DNA of 63,845 nucleotides, filler included, from Octopus bimaculoides (Eukaryota): assembly GCF_001194135.2 (NCBI RefSeq). It is 4 parts of 4 records of this genome, joined end to end, with 100 filler letters (N's around TTAATTAATTAA, not from the genome) between each part and the next. Parts side by side here need not be neighbours in the genome. Positions count along the whole stretch, not along the records: positions 1 to 29,456 come from NC_069001.1; 3 more parts are not named here. One strand, 5' to 3'. Position 1 is the stretch's first letter; each line of letters begins with the position of its first letter. Shown one piece after another: positions 1 to 12,848 of this stretch. Below the pieces are notes generated by a model. It was not told where the DNA came from. It made no database searches and saw only the letters and a list, made by a program, of their open reading frames with translations. The position numbers and the translations under genes were made by a program.

Positions 1-394
1 ATCAACACCACCACAGCCTATCATCGTCATCATCATAATCGTTACCACGACTACTACTACCTCACCCACCACCACCACCACACCACTATCACCAGCACCA
101 CCATCACTTCCACCATCGCCAAGAAGAAGAACTACAACATCCACAAGGACAATAACAACATCAACATCACACAAACATGGAATGTTCGAGATTAATCCTC
201 CATTGGTTAAAGATTAAAGTAGATGACCTTGACCTCACACATTAGTCACGTGGTTTCTTGACCCCCTGATCCAGCCTGGATTAGATTAGATTTTAAAGGC
301 TCCATTGTCTCTGATCAAAATAAATCTGTCAGACCCCAAGCGAGGGTGGGTAGGGATGGTAGGTGAGAGTTGAATATAATGACCGCAAGACAAC

Positions 395-468
395 ACTGGT
401 ATTTTATTTTACCGACCCAGGAGGACAATATGTTAGTTCTGCTCGGGCGAAATTTGAACTCGGAATGT
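395..468 (-). mobile_element. SINE family B fragment abutting a family A head
   Basis: CTGGTATTTTATTTTACCGACCC...CTCGGGCGAAATTTGAACTCGGAATG. Confidence 0.55.
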
Positions 469-470
469 CA

Positions 471-657
471 GGAGTGGCAGTGTGGTAAGTAGTTTGCTTA
501 CCAACCACTTGGTTCCAGGTTCAGTCCCACTGCGGGGCACTTGGGCAAACGTCGTTTACTAAAGCCTCGGGCCAACCAAAAGCTTTGTGAGTGGATTTGG
601 TAGATGGAAACTGAAAGAAGCCTGTCGTATATATATATATATATATATATATACATG
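471..657 (+). mobile_element. SINE family A, 5' half (runs into gap)
   Basis: Homologous to 52901-53070. Confidence 0.85.
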
Positions 658-1597
658 NNNNNNNNNNNNNNNNNNNNNNNNNNNNNNNNNNNNNNNNNNN
701 NNNNNNNNNNNNNNNNNNNNNNNNNNNNNNNNNNNNNNNNNNNNNNNNNNNNNNNNNNNNNNNNNNNNNNNNNNNNNNNNNNNNNNNNNNNNNNNNNNNN
801 NNNNNNNNNNNNNNNNNNNNNNNNNNNNNNNNNNNNNNNNNNNNNNNNNNNNNNNNNNNNNNNNNNNNNNNNNNNNNNNNNNNNNNNNNNNNNNNNNNNN
901 NNNNNNNNNNNNNNNNNNNNNNNNNNNNNNNNNNNNNNNNNNNNNNNNNNNNNNNNNNNNNNNNNNNNNNNNNNNNNNNNNNNNNNNNNNNNNNNNNNNN
1001 NNNNNNNNNNNNNNNNNNNNNNNNNNNNNNNNNNNNNNNNNNNNNNNNNNNNNNNNNNNNNNNNNNNNNNNNNNNNNNNNNNNNNNNNNNNNNNNNNNNN
1101 NNNNNNNNNNNNNNNNNNNNNNNNNNNNNNNNNNNNNNNNNNNNNNNNNNNNNNNNNNNNNNNNNNNNNNNNNNNNNNNNNNNNNNNNNNNNNNNNNNNN
1201 NNNNNNNNNNNNNNNNNNNNNNNNNNNNNNNNNNNNNNNNNNNNNNNNNNNNNNNNNNNNNNNNNNNNNNNNNNNNNNNNNNNNNNNNNNNNNNNNNNNN
1301 NNNNNNNNNNNNNNNNNNNNNNNNNNNNNNNNNNNNNNNNNNNNNNNNNNNNNNNNNNNNNNNNNNNNNNNNNNNNNNNNNNNNNNNNNNNNNNNNNNNN
1401 NNNNNNNNNNNNNNNNNNNNNNNNNNNNNNNNNNNNNACATACATACACACAAATGTATGTGTACACACGCACACATATGTACGTACACAACCAACAGAG
1501 CAATGAGCGTGCAAAGGCCATAAACAGTAGCAACATCCCATAATAATTCTTTGAAGCACGGTAAGAAATTCTACAATTCTTCGGGATTATCTGAGAT

Positions 1598-1675
1598 TGA
1601 AGAAGAAGAAGAAGAAGAAGAAGAAGAAGAAGAAGAAGAAGAAGAAGAAGAAGAAGAAGAAGAAGAAGAAGAAGA
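1598..1675. repeat. (GAA)n microsatellite
   Basis: Direct read. Confidence 0.95.
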
Positions 1676-2554
1676 GCAACAACAACAACAACAGCACTTG
1701 AGTGAACGATAGTCTATATATACGAATGGAAATTAATTAAATATTCCAGTGTAATGTAATAATATATACCTGCATACATACATGCATGTGTATATACATA
1801 TGTGCGTACACACACACACAAACACACGCACATAAGTACATACATGCAGACATATATCCACGCATTCACGCATTCATGTATACATGCACATACGTACATA
1901 CATTTGCATGTGTGTGCATATATGTATGCATACGTACACAATACGTACACACATAAACAAATAAATACCTGTATATATATATATATATATATATATATNN
2001 NNNNNNNNNNNNNNNNNNNNNNNNNNNNNNNNNNNNNNNNNNNNNNNNNNNNNNNNNNNNNNNNNNNNNNNNNNNNNNNNNNNNNNNNNNNNNNNNNNNN
2101 NNNNNNNNNNNNNNNNNNNNNNNNNNNNNNNNNNNNNNNNNNNNNNNNNNNNNNNNNNNNNNNNNNNNNNNNNNNNNNNNNNNNNNNNNNNNNNNNNNNN
2201 NNNNNNNNNNNNNNNNNNNNNNNNNNNNNNNNNNNNNNNNNNNNNNNNNNNNNNNNNNNNNNNNNNNNNNNNNNNNNNNNNNNNNNNNNNNNNNNNNNNN
2301 NNNNNNNNNNNNNNNNNNNNNNNNNNNNNNNNNNNNNNNNNNNNNNNNNNACACACACACACACACACACACACAAAGACGGAATTTGTGATATTACATT
2401 TAATTCTTTAGCTGCGTTCGTTTCCACACCGCATGCAACGTATAATTTCTAAAATACAAATATGAATAGGAATGTAAATCAATTATCTCTATTACAATAT
2501 ATTAATGTAAACCCTGGCTATCTTCTCAGACAAAATTTCAAAAGTTTATATAAT

Positions 2555-2614
2555 GGCATAGGAGTGGCTGTGTGCTAAGAAGCTAGCTTCCCAACCACAT
2601 TGTTCCGGGTTCAG
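2555..2614 (+). mobile_element. SINE family A head fragment
   Basis: GGCATAGGAGTGGCTGTGTG...GTTCCGGGTTCAG. Confidence 0.7.
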
Positions 2615-5600
2615 AAGTGTCCTAAGTCCAAAACGTTGCTTATTCAGAAAACGAGAAAATGGTTTCACCATTCCATAGCAAAACCATCATGCTACATTTT
2701 GACAATTTTTGATGTCTTGGCATCTGAAGCAGCCGGAGATACGATAGTTTGACCAAGAGAACCGGCTATTGCAAGCAAAAAAAAAAAAAAATGAAGAAAT
2801 GGGTTTGGGTAAAAGAAAGTACAGGAGGATCAGTTAATTTTGCTTAACATATACCCCCCCACCATCTCAGATTCACCCACTTATTGCAGTGGTCCGTCAG
2901 TTTTTCTAAGCCCTGTAAAAGAACGCGGAAGGTCGGGCCTCCAACCAAGCCTTTGGCGATACCCTTAAAGCCAGGAACTTTTTAATCCCAAAGGTCTTTC
3001 TACTTTCTAAAAAGGTTCTTAACTCTTTGAGAAAAAAATCTTCACTCCAAATATTATAACTGTNNNNNNNNNNNNNNNNNNNNNNNNNNNNNNNNNNNNN
3101 NNNNNNNNNNNNNNNNNNNNNNNNNNNNNNNNNNNNNNNNNNNNNNNNNNNNNNNNNNNNNNNNNNNNNNNNNNNNNNNNNNNNNNNNNNNNNNNNNNNN
3201 NNNNNNNNNNNNNNNNNNNNNNNNNNNNNNNNNNNNNNNNNNNNNNNNNNNNNNNNNNNNNNNNNNNNNNNNNNNNNNNNNNNNNNNNNNNNNNNNNNNN
3301 NNNNNNNNNNNNNNNNNNNNNNNNNNNNNNNNNNNNNNNNNNNNNNNNNNNNNNNNNNNNNNNNNNNNNNNNNNNNNNNNNNNNNNNNNNNNNNNNNNNN
3401 NNNNNNNNNNNNNNNNNNNNNNNNNNNNNNNNNNNNNNNNNNNNNNNNNNNNNNNNNNNNNNNNNNNNNNNNNNNNNNNNNNNNNNNNNNNNNNNNNNNN
3501 NNNNNNNNNNNNNNNNNNNNNNNNNNNNNNNNNNNNNNNNNNNNNNNNNNNNNNNNNNNNNNNNNNNNNNNNNNNNNNNNNNNNNNNNNNNNNNNNNNNN
3601 NNNNNNNNNNNNNNNNNNNNNNNNNNNNNNNNNNNNNNNNNNNNNNNNNNNNNNNNNNNNNNNNNNNNNNNNNNNNNNNNNNNNNNNNNNNNNNNNNNNN
3701 NNNNNNNNNNNNNNNNNNNNNNNNNNNNNNNNNNNNNNNNNNNNNNNNTATATATATGCATATACACACACACATACATATATATAGATATCAGCGTGCA
3801 CACACACAAAAACACTCACACATACACACACATACACACACACACATACACACACACACATATATGTACCTTTACATATTTCTGTAATTATATTCGTTTA
3901 TTGTTTTTTTCTTACAGTTTACGTTCAGTGGGTCACTGCCATGCTGGAGCAAACACACACATTCACACAGACACATTCACTCACACACACACGCATGCAC
4001 AAGCACACACATATCTCTATATTTATATTCATATGTAATAATGTAATAATGTAACAGCTGTGTTCTGTGTTTTAAATTCGCATTACGTGTATTTATGACT
4101 GTGTGTGAGTGGGTGTGTATATGTGTGCGTGTGTGCGTGTGTGTGTGTGTGTGCGTTGGCGTGTGTATGCGTACCTGTGCGTCTGTCTGCGAATGTGTGT
4201 TGACATATTGGAAGTCTCTCAAAGCCACTTCCCAATAACATGATTTTTACCAAAGTTCACATCAACTCATTTGGAATCAGCAAAATTGAAGTCATATTTG
4301 ATGAATGTATTCATCGGTAGGTGGCGCTAGGTGGTGCTAACTGGGGGGCTGGGTAACGCCGAGAGGCGATGGAGGGGCGTTAGGAGGCGCTGGGCGAGGT
4401 ACGCTGCTGTTAGGTGGTTCTGGGTGGCGCTAGGTGGTTGCTCGGTGCTGGGAGGTGTCAGGCGAGGCTGGGTGGTGGTGGGAGGTGCTATTTTCTTGCA
4501 AGTATTCTTATAAAGGATAATGACAAAATCTGAAAATGGAGAATAGAGAGGAAGACGAGAAGAAAGAAGTGGTGATGGTGTTGGTGGTAGTGGTGGTGGT
4601 GGTGGTGGTAGTAGTAGTGATGGTGGTCATGATAGTCATGATGGTGGTGATGTTGGTGTTGATGGTGGCGGTGATTTATGACGGCGATGATGAGGGGTTG
4701 GTAATGGTCGTGTTGTTGGTTGTAGTATTATTATTATTGTTGTTATTATTATTTTTATTATTAGTAGTAGTAGTAATGAGTGACGATGAAGGATGAAGTA
4801 GACGTAGCGGGTGCTTTTTTAACAAGTGTCTCCACACCACCACCACCACCACCACCATTACTAATACTACCACCACCGCCACCACCACCACCATCATCTC
4901 CACCACTACCGCTACCACCATTACTACCACTAGTACCACCACTACCACAGCCAGCACCACCGACAACAAGAAGAACATCAACAAATATCAACAAAACCAT
5001 CCTTGATAATAATGACGATCGGTAAAACCATTTTACGGGAATCATTTCAATATTTTCTCTGGTATCGAATTCATTGGAGTGAAACATTAGGTTAGGGAAA
5101 CTGGCCACGGTTGAACGCCGCACAAAATTTCATCTAAAACTCCATTAACTTGGCCTCCAGTTGAAAGTAAGACGCCATTTCTGGCCGCTCAACAGATTGC
5201 GGTGGAGATAATGCGAACCATTTTCCTTCTTCTTATTAAATCTATCTTGCAGTAAAGTTGGTAATGTGTCACGATTAGGTTTATTTCGTTGAAGCCATTG
5301 GTTAAGTGTGTTGGCATAGAAAAGAAGAAGAGGAAGGAGTAGGAGGAGTAGGAGGAGAGGAGAAGTAGAAGAAAAGGAGGAGGAGAAGAAGAAGAGGAGT
5401 AGGAGAGCGAGAGTGAGATTGGGACAGAGATAGGAACAGAGGGGTAGACTTACAGAGTTACAGAGATAGCGTTAAGCGTGTGTGTGTGTGGGTGTATGTA
5501 TGTATGTATGTATATGTATATATATATATATTTACATATACGTATATGTATATGCGTGCATATATATATATATATTTATATATGTATATATATGCATATA

Positions 5601-5701
5601 TATGCATATACCTATATATACATATATACATAGTCATACATATATATATATAATCCACACACACACATATTGTTGGGAGATAGTTATACATATAGGGTTT
5701 C

Positions 5702-5741
<40 letters not shown>

Positions 5742-6115
5742 AGATATAAGTAGATAGATTTATAGATAGATCGGTAGGTAGATAGATACCAATTTTAATT
5801 CCTTATTCTTTTCACAATAGTGATACAAGAAGGGAGATTGAAAGATAACTAGAGAGATAGGCCGGTATGCATTTATTTAACTCTTACATCGAAAATGTAG
5901 AGAGCGACTTCCCCGTCCTCGTCAGACTGTGTTCTACTTTGTTCTTATTGGCTATAAATATCCTTAGAGAATCCAAGTATAGCACAGTCTGACGACGGCG
6001 AGCAAGACGAAACTTCGAAGATACCGTTAACTTTTTACTTTGCATGTACTCTGCTAAAAAGCATTAAGCAATTCTTCAGCTTAATGTTAAGATGTTTTTA
6101 TAATGTGTGTGTATG

Positions 6116-6153
<38 letters not shown>

Positions 6154-6180
6154 TGTGTGTATGTATAAATATTTGTATAT

Positions 6181-6790
6181 CTCGCCGGCTGTCCGTTGTA
6201 GGGCGACGTTGACTGCTCTTGTTCAGCAATCATCCCTGGCAGGCTCGCATGTGTGCTACAAGACCTGCTCTTCATCTGCAGCAGCGATGACATCTGCTGC
6301 AGATGAGGCTACACGACACAATGGAGAAGTGATGCCTCTCATGTACTCTTTAATATTTTCTCTGTTGTTTCTTATCAACGGTTGGAATTACGAGCTTTAG
6401 CGATCGGTGCCCTCTCCTGCCAGGTGCCTGGGGAGATGCTGGAGTTCTTCACATGTCACTTCGGTACTTCCCTGTATTGCAACCTTTGGCCACCGCGGCT
6501 TTTTCTACCCTGATGCAGTTCAGCGTTGATAACTGCCTTTGGGAGTCTGCAGCCCTCCATCCTGCAAGCAAGTCCCACCCAGCGCAGCGGCGATGAGGTA
6601 AGCAAGGCCTCCACACAAACTGTGCCTGCGCAGCGCAGGCCTCTACATCACTGATCTTACCATCTGATATGCAAGATAGAGATCGATCAGATGACGAAGT
6701 TGGCCTCGTGTGAGGGTCTCGTGGTGCCATTTTTAAAGGGCTATACATTCTGTGACGGCGGCAGGGGGCACTGTGGATCTGTACACCTTT
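6181..6790 (-). mobile_element. Decayed 3' end of an RTE-clade LINE (post-RT region, zinc knuckle, 3' UTR)
   Basis: Frameshifted minus-strand pieces IKVYRSTV, KISDVE, VEALLTSSPLRWVGLACRMEGCRLPKAVINAELHQGRKSRGGQRLQY and RAGLVAHMRAC match the RTE C-terminal pattern (KVYRAVV...QLRWAGHVxRM...RxPK...GEL...GKR..GG; GLxSHxRxC). Confidence 0.8.
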
Positions 6791-7904
6791 ATATTTGTGT
6801 TTCGAGCAACGTCATGGAACCTCCATAAACGTTTCTCAAGAGAGCCAAAAACCTGTCAAACAGACAGTATTCACCTCTCAACTTCGAGGAACAGTTAGTA
6901 CAAGTCAGTGCGCTGCTGAGGTAGGTAAGGATCTCAGCGTACTTTTGGAGTTTACTTCGATTCCACGTTCAAATACGACCAACGTCAATTTTGCTTTTTA
7001 TCCTTTTCAGGGTCAAGAAAAAATACCATTCCAAGGCAATGGACTGATGGAAATTTTAGAACTTGTGTTATTGATCCCGACCTTCTCGTTCTGAGTTCAA
7101 AACTCATCAGGAAATGTTCGGGTGGAGGTGACCCATTGCACGATTTAAGACTACCGCCTACCCCACTGGGTACCTGCAGTGGCGTTCACTCAGTTGCGAG
7201 ATTTCGGACTCCCTCCCACCCTCCCTCTGACTTCCATCTTGAATGTATGTATACATACATACATACATACATACANNNNNNNNNNNNNNNNNNNNNNNNN
7301 NNNNNNNNNNNNNNNNNNNNNNNNNNNNNNNNNNNNNNNNNNNNNNNNNNNNNNNNNNNNNNNNNNNNNNNNNNNNNNNNNNNNNNNNNNNNNNNNNNNN
7401 NNNNNNNNNNNNNNNNNNNNATATATATATATATATATATACCACGGTGGTGCATTTGCATGGCCGCAACTCTAAGCTGAAACTATAAATATATATATAT
7501 ATATATACATACAGCCTCCCTGCTAAGCCAGCGGGGTGGCATCATTCGAAAAATACAACATGGAAGGTGAGAAAGCGGATTCACTTTGACAAGTCACGTA
7601 TAACGACAGCCGATAGTCTTGCTGATACAGTGATGTGTGTGTATATATGTATTTTTCGTGCGTGTGTATATACATACACACCGATTGATAGATAGTGATG
7701 CTGAGGGGAAGATAGGTGGAACGATAGTGATACTGTGATAGACAGCTGGATAGGAAGACAGATAACGAGATAAATTGTTAGATAGGGAGATGGAGGATAG
7801 TGCCATAGACAGATAGATATATAGATAGATAGGTGGAGAAAGAGATAGATAGATAGATAGAGAGAGAGATGGAAAAAGAGAGAGATTGCGAGCGAGAGGA
7901 AATA

Positions 7905-7956
<52 letters not shown>

Positions 7957-8454
7957 TTGTGATATAGAAGGATAGGTAGGGAGATAGATAGAGAGATAGC
8001 GAGAGAGGCAAACAGATAAATAATTAGAGAGACATACAGACAGACAGAGAAGTAGATAGTTAAAAAGCTAGATAGACATCTCCAGTTTATGGAGTTCATT
8101 TAATGCCAACCAATTGTGTAACCTATGATTCAAGCGAGTACAGGTTTTCTTTTTCCGAAAGGAATTACAAGTCTTTGATTAATTGAAGGCGGATGGTTTC
8201 CACTGCCTGGAATCGCCATTACAATTTCCTCCCCGTTAGAATCTCTGGCCGAATATTCCGCTAATGTCTGAATGAACGCACGGAAGACGGCCGGAGTGAT
8301 CGGCTTTCTTTTTAACTTGTTCACACAGACGAATACACACCACACACGCATACACATACATACACAGCTACACTCACACACGCAAGTGTGTGTATGTATG
8401 TGTGTATATATGTATATACGTATACACACACACATACATATATATATATGTGTG

Positions 8455-8489
<35 letters not shown>

Positions 8490-8520
8490 ATTCACGTATA
8501 TATACATACAAATGTAAACG

Positions 8521-8551
<31 letters not shown>

Positions 8552-10159
8552 NNNNNNNNNNNNNNNNNNNNNNNNNNNNNNNNNNNNNNNNNNNNNNNNN
8601 NNNNNNNNNNNNNNNNNNNNNNNNNNNNNNNNNNNNNNNNNNNNNNNNNNNNNNNNNNNNNNNNNNNNNNNNNNNNNNNNNNNNNNNNNNNNNNNNNNNN
8701 NNNNNNNNNNNNNNNNNNNNNNNNNNNNNNNNNNNNNNNNNNNNNNNNNNNNNNNNNNNNNNNNNNNNNNNNNNNNNNNNNNNNNNNNNNNNNNNNNNNN
8801 NNNNNNNNNNNNNNNNNNNNNNNNNNNNNNNNNNNNNNNNNNNNNNNNNNNNNNNNNNNNNNNNNNNNNNNNNNNNNNNNNNNNNNNNNNNNNNNNNNNN
8901 NNNNNNNNNNNNNNNNNNNNNNNNNNNNNNNNNNNNNNNNNNNNNNNNNNNNNNNNNNNNNNNNNNNNNNNNNNNNNNNNNNNNNNNNNNNNNNNNNNNN
9001 NNNNNNNNNNNNNNNNNNNNNNNNNNNNNNNNNNNNNNNNNNNNNNNNNNNNNNNNNNNNNNNNNNNNNNNNNNNNNNNNNNNNNNNNNNNNNNNNNNNN
9101 NNNNNNNNNNNNNNNNNNNNNNNNNNNNNNNNNNNNNNNNNNNNNNNNNNNNNNNNNNNNNNNNNNNNNNNNNNNNTATATATATATATATACGCATGCA
9201 CATACATCTGTTCACGAGCATTGATAATCAATTGGCACAGTTCACACTTCACACTCGGAATGTCTTCTTAGCAAACATTAAAAAGACAACGAGAACACGC
9301 AAAATTAAATAGAAAATTGTTATTACCACGAATTCGGATAATTGCGAATTTCTGTGCTTGCATCCGTATGGCTTCGCTGTATATAGAGTCAGCCCCCAGG
9401 AGTTCTTCCCTTATATAATGGCACATATTTGGAATCAGGGTAACCCCGGAAGTATTCCTGTACTTACTTTGGTCTGCTGACCTGCGGCGCAAGTTCAGAT
9501 CACGCCGAAACACCTTTAGTTCTTACAATGAGCAAAATTCAAACTAAGAAGTTGAACACTGAAAGGACAAATATACTGAGAAGAACAAACTGGATGTTGG
9601 CTAGAGAATTATATTCGAGTTATTTAGGAAGCGAATAACAAACAGGCAGAATAATTAACGTTGTTAGAACTCCTTTAACTTTATGTTTCGGTAATAAAAT
9701 ATACTTTCATGTTGATTCCAGATAAAACGGCTCGAAGTTGCAATTTGGTTATTGATCAAATCCTTTTCTTTCGAATGAAATCCATGAAACATGAAGTGAT
9801 AGTCTGTTTCTTCATACTGAATCCATTCTTCACGGAGAAAAAAACCTATTTTATATCATGAATCACCTTTTTTCAAACGGTTTTTGAAAGTCAAATTAGA
9901 ATTGGCAAACAGTAAAAAATTTGAACGTTTGGAAAGTTGTACATGACGATATCAAAATAGAAAGGTGTCAAAACAAGACCGAAATTGAAGGGAAACAATG
10001 GTTGAGGGCCACTAGAATAGCGAAAACTTGAAGATTCCATGAAAAAAAGATCCAGTGAAATGTATAATGCGACAGGAACAAGTGAAAGTTCTTTGACTGT
10101 AAATGGCACTAAAAATCAGGCGTCGTGAGTTGGAAAGTATTCTTCATGTCATGTCTTTT

Positions 10160-10373
10160 TATATTGGTTTGGGATTTTGGCGCAACGCCAGTAATTTCGT
10201 GGGGAGAACTAAGTCGATTTATATCGACTCCAGTGTCCAATTGGTACTTAACTTATCGACCCTGAAAAAATAAAAATGCAGAGTCGACCTCGGCAGAATT
10301 AGAACTCAGAACGTAAAGATGAACGAAACGCCGAAATGTCTGGTGTGCTAGTGATGCTGCCATCTCGTTGCTT
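10160..10373 (-). mobile_element. SINE family B, diverged near full length
   Basis: GTCGACCTCGGCAGAATTAGAACTCAGAACGTAAAG. Confidence 0.78.
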
Positions 10374-10780
10374 TCATATCTTTTTCTATTAAAAAGGTTT
10401 TTAGTTTTACCCTCATACTTTAGATCGAAGATTCACCAACCTTCCGATGGAGGCAGATCAGACATCTGCTCAGAAAACGATTTTTTGAATAGAATAAAAT
10501 ATATATTTAAAAAAGTTTATATCTTGTCCGGTGTGTAGAATAGCGCCGTGATTTTAAAAGCACCCATCCGACAGGCTCACTTCAATTTTATGATAAATTG
10601 TGAAGAATAACATTCTTAGTCAGAGATGTGTAACGAGCAAATAACTGGTTTATGCTATATTCCGGTTGTTTTATGAAATTTCGGTGAAATAGTTTACAAA
10701 ATGGATGGAATCCTTCTTCTATGAATATACTGGAACACTTGTGTGTGTGTGTGTTTCTCTGTCTCACTGCATATCTTTCA

Positions 10781-11140
10781 ACCTCATGGTTCCGGGTTCA
10801 ATCCCACTGCGTGGCACCTGGGGCAAGATTCTTCTACTGTGGCCTCGGGCCGACCAAAGCCTTATGAGTGGATTTGGTAGACGGAAACCCGTCTTATATA
10901 TATATATATATATGCATGTATTGTGTGTGTGTGTGTGTTTGTCCCTCCGCCATCGCTTGACAACCAATGCTGGTGTGTTTATGTCCCCGTAACCTAGCGG
11001 TTCGGCACAAGACCGATAGAATAAGTACTAGGCTAACAAAGAGTAAGTCCTGGGGTCGATGTCTTTGACTAACACCCTTTAAGGCGGTGCTCCAGCATGG
11101 TCGCAGTCAAATGACTGAGACAAGTAAAAGAATAAAAGAA
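10781..11140 (+). mobile_element. SINE family A, slightly 5'-truncated
   Basis: Homologous to 52940-53361, including the internal microsatellite and tail. Confidence 0.88.
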
Positions 11141-11483
11141 TATACATATATCAATCAATCTGTCTATCTATCTATCTATCTGTCTATCTATCTATCAATC
11201 ATTATGTGGTGTGTGTGTGTGTAAACCAGTCACTCCTGTGCCTCACAGAGCCATCGTAATACGTCAGGACATAGTATTAATCACTTAAAGAGATTAACAA
11301 AGAATGAAGAATGAATAATTAAACGTGTGTCTCTGCCATATTTAATTACCGAAAGACACAGAACGGGAAGAAAGAATTTTTGCAGATTCTACACCATTTA
11401 AAGATAGGTGTGTATACTCATATATACTTAGTTGTATACATACATACATACAATCGTAAAAAAAGAAAACATCTATAGACGAT

Positions 11484-11870
11484 GTTGGTCATATTGAGAT
11501 CGATGGATCAAAAGAATATTGATGGAACTTAATTAAAACAGTCACCAAGTTAAAACACAACCTTCCGGATATCTTTGCGACGGTTAGGTTCTATTGTAGA
11601 AATCGGCTGCTCTTTGGACACGATTGGAGTTAGAAAGAGACAAGAGGAAGAGGACATCTATGAAGCGTTGATAAGTTGTTTGCAAATCCAATACCCAAGA
11701 TACATTTTCAGCTTCATACCTATTATTATTGGAGCAACGGGATGCATGCCGACCGTCTGGAGCGGAGTATGGATGAATTCGGGGTCCTGGAGAAAGAATG
11801 CAAATCCTTAATTCATATCCTACAAATGGTAACAATATCTCGGACTATAAGAAGCTGGAACTGCAATGAT
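11484..11870 (+). mobile_element. Decayed C-terminal restriction-like endonuclease domain of an RLE-type non-LTR retrotransposon (R4/Dong-like)
   Basis: Frameshifted pieces KEY*WNLIKTVTKLKHNLPDI, IVEIGCSLD, YEALISCLQIQYPRY and FIPIIIGATG fit the HNRPDI...VEISCP...PIIIGALG RLE motif. Confidence 0.75.
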
Positions 11871-12025
11871 CTATGTCACTAAAGAAATTTATAGCCATTT
11901 TTGCAATTACTATCGAAACAACCTTTGTGTGTGCGAGTGTGTGTGTGAGCGCGTGTGTGTTACCTATAAATAAATGCATGTATATATATTCATTCATACA
12001 TGCATATGCATACACACACACACAC

Positions 12026-12080
<55 letters not shown>

Positions 12081-12167
12081 TTCATACATATACCTACATA
12101 CATACACACATACACATATGTATCGCTCTCCATTATACACACACACATATATATATACATATGTACA

Positions 12168-12203
<36 letters not shown>

Positions 12204-12265
12204 TATACATATATACAATATGTGTGTAACCACACATACACAGACAGACAGACAGAGAGAGAGAG

Positions 12266-12306
<41 letters not shown>

Positions 12307-12613
12307 CACACACACACATACTACTCTCACATATCGTAATTCACGTAATCACTTTCTATTGATTACGAAGCGGGAAGGTTCGTGTTTCGAATAGCAGACT
12401 CGTCATGTCATCGACCAAGCTGAATCTCTTAACGATATGGCTGGATGAGGAGGGGGAGTCGGGTGGCGTGGGATGGGTGTAGGATAGATAGATGGATATA
12501 AGGTTTCAGCTGGTGCTATCTATTTTAGAAGGGGTGCATCAGTGCATTCCAGGCATTAAACCACCGTATACATACGTAGGCATAACTGTATGTGTGTATA
12601 TATTTAACTGCTG

Positions 12614-12675
<62 letters not shown>

Positions 12676-12796
12676 AATCTGTGTGTTTGTGTCTCTCTCT
12701 TTGTTGCGCGCGCGCTTGTGTATGTGTTTGTGTATGTGTCTGTCTGTCTATCCATCTATCAGTCTATCTCTGTCTCTCCTTATCTCTATCTATCTA

Positions 12797-12848
<52 letters not shown>

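Noticed and set aside
2920-3063. Complex-looking sequence beside a gap with an open minus-strand frame
   Set aside because: No recognisable motif; may be low-quality read end.
4320-4490. G-rich degenerate GGTGGCGCTAG-like repeats as a possible G-quadruplex or coding exon
   Set aside because: Mostly GG runs and low complexity, with no splice or protein support.
9700-10110. AT-rich complex region with short open frames
   Set aside because: No transposase or host-protein motif could be identified by eye.
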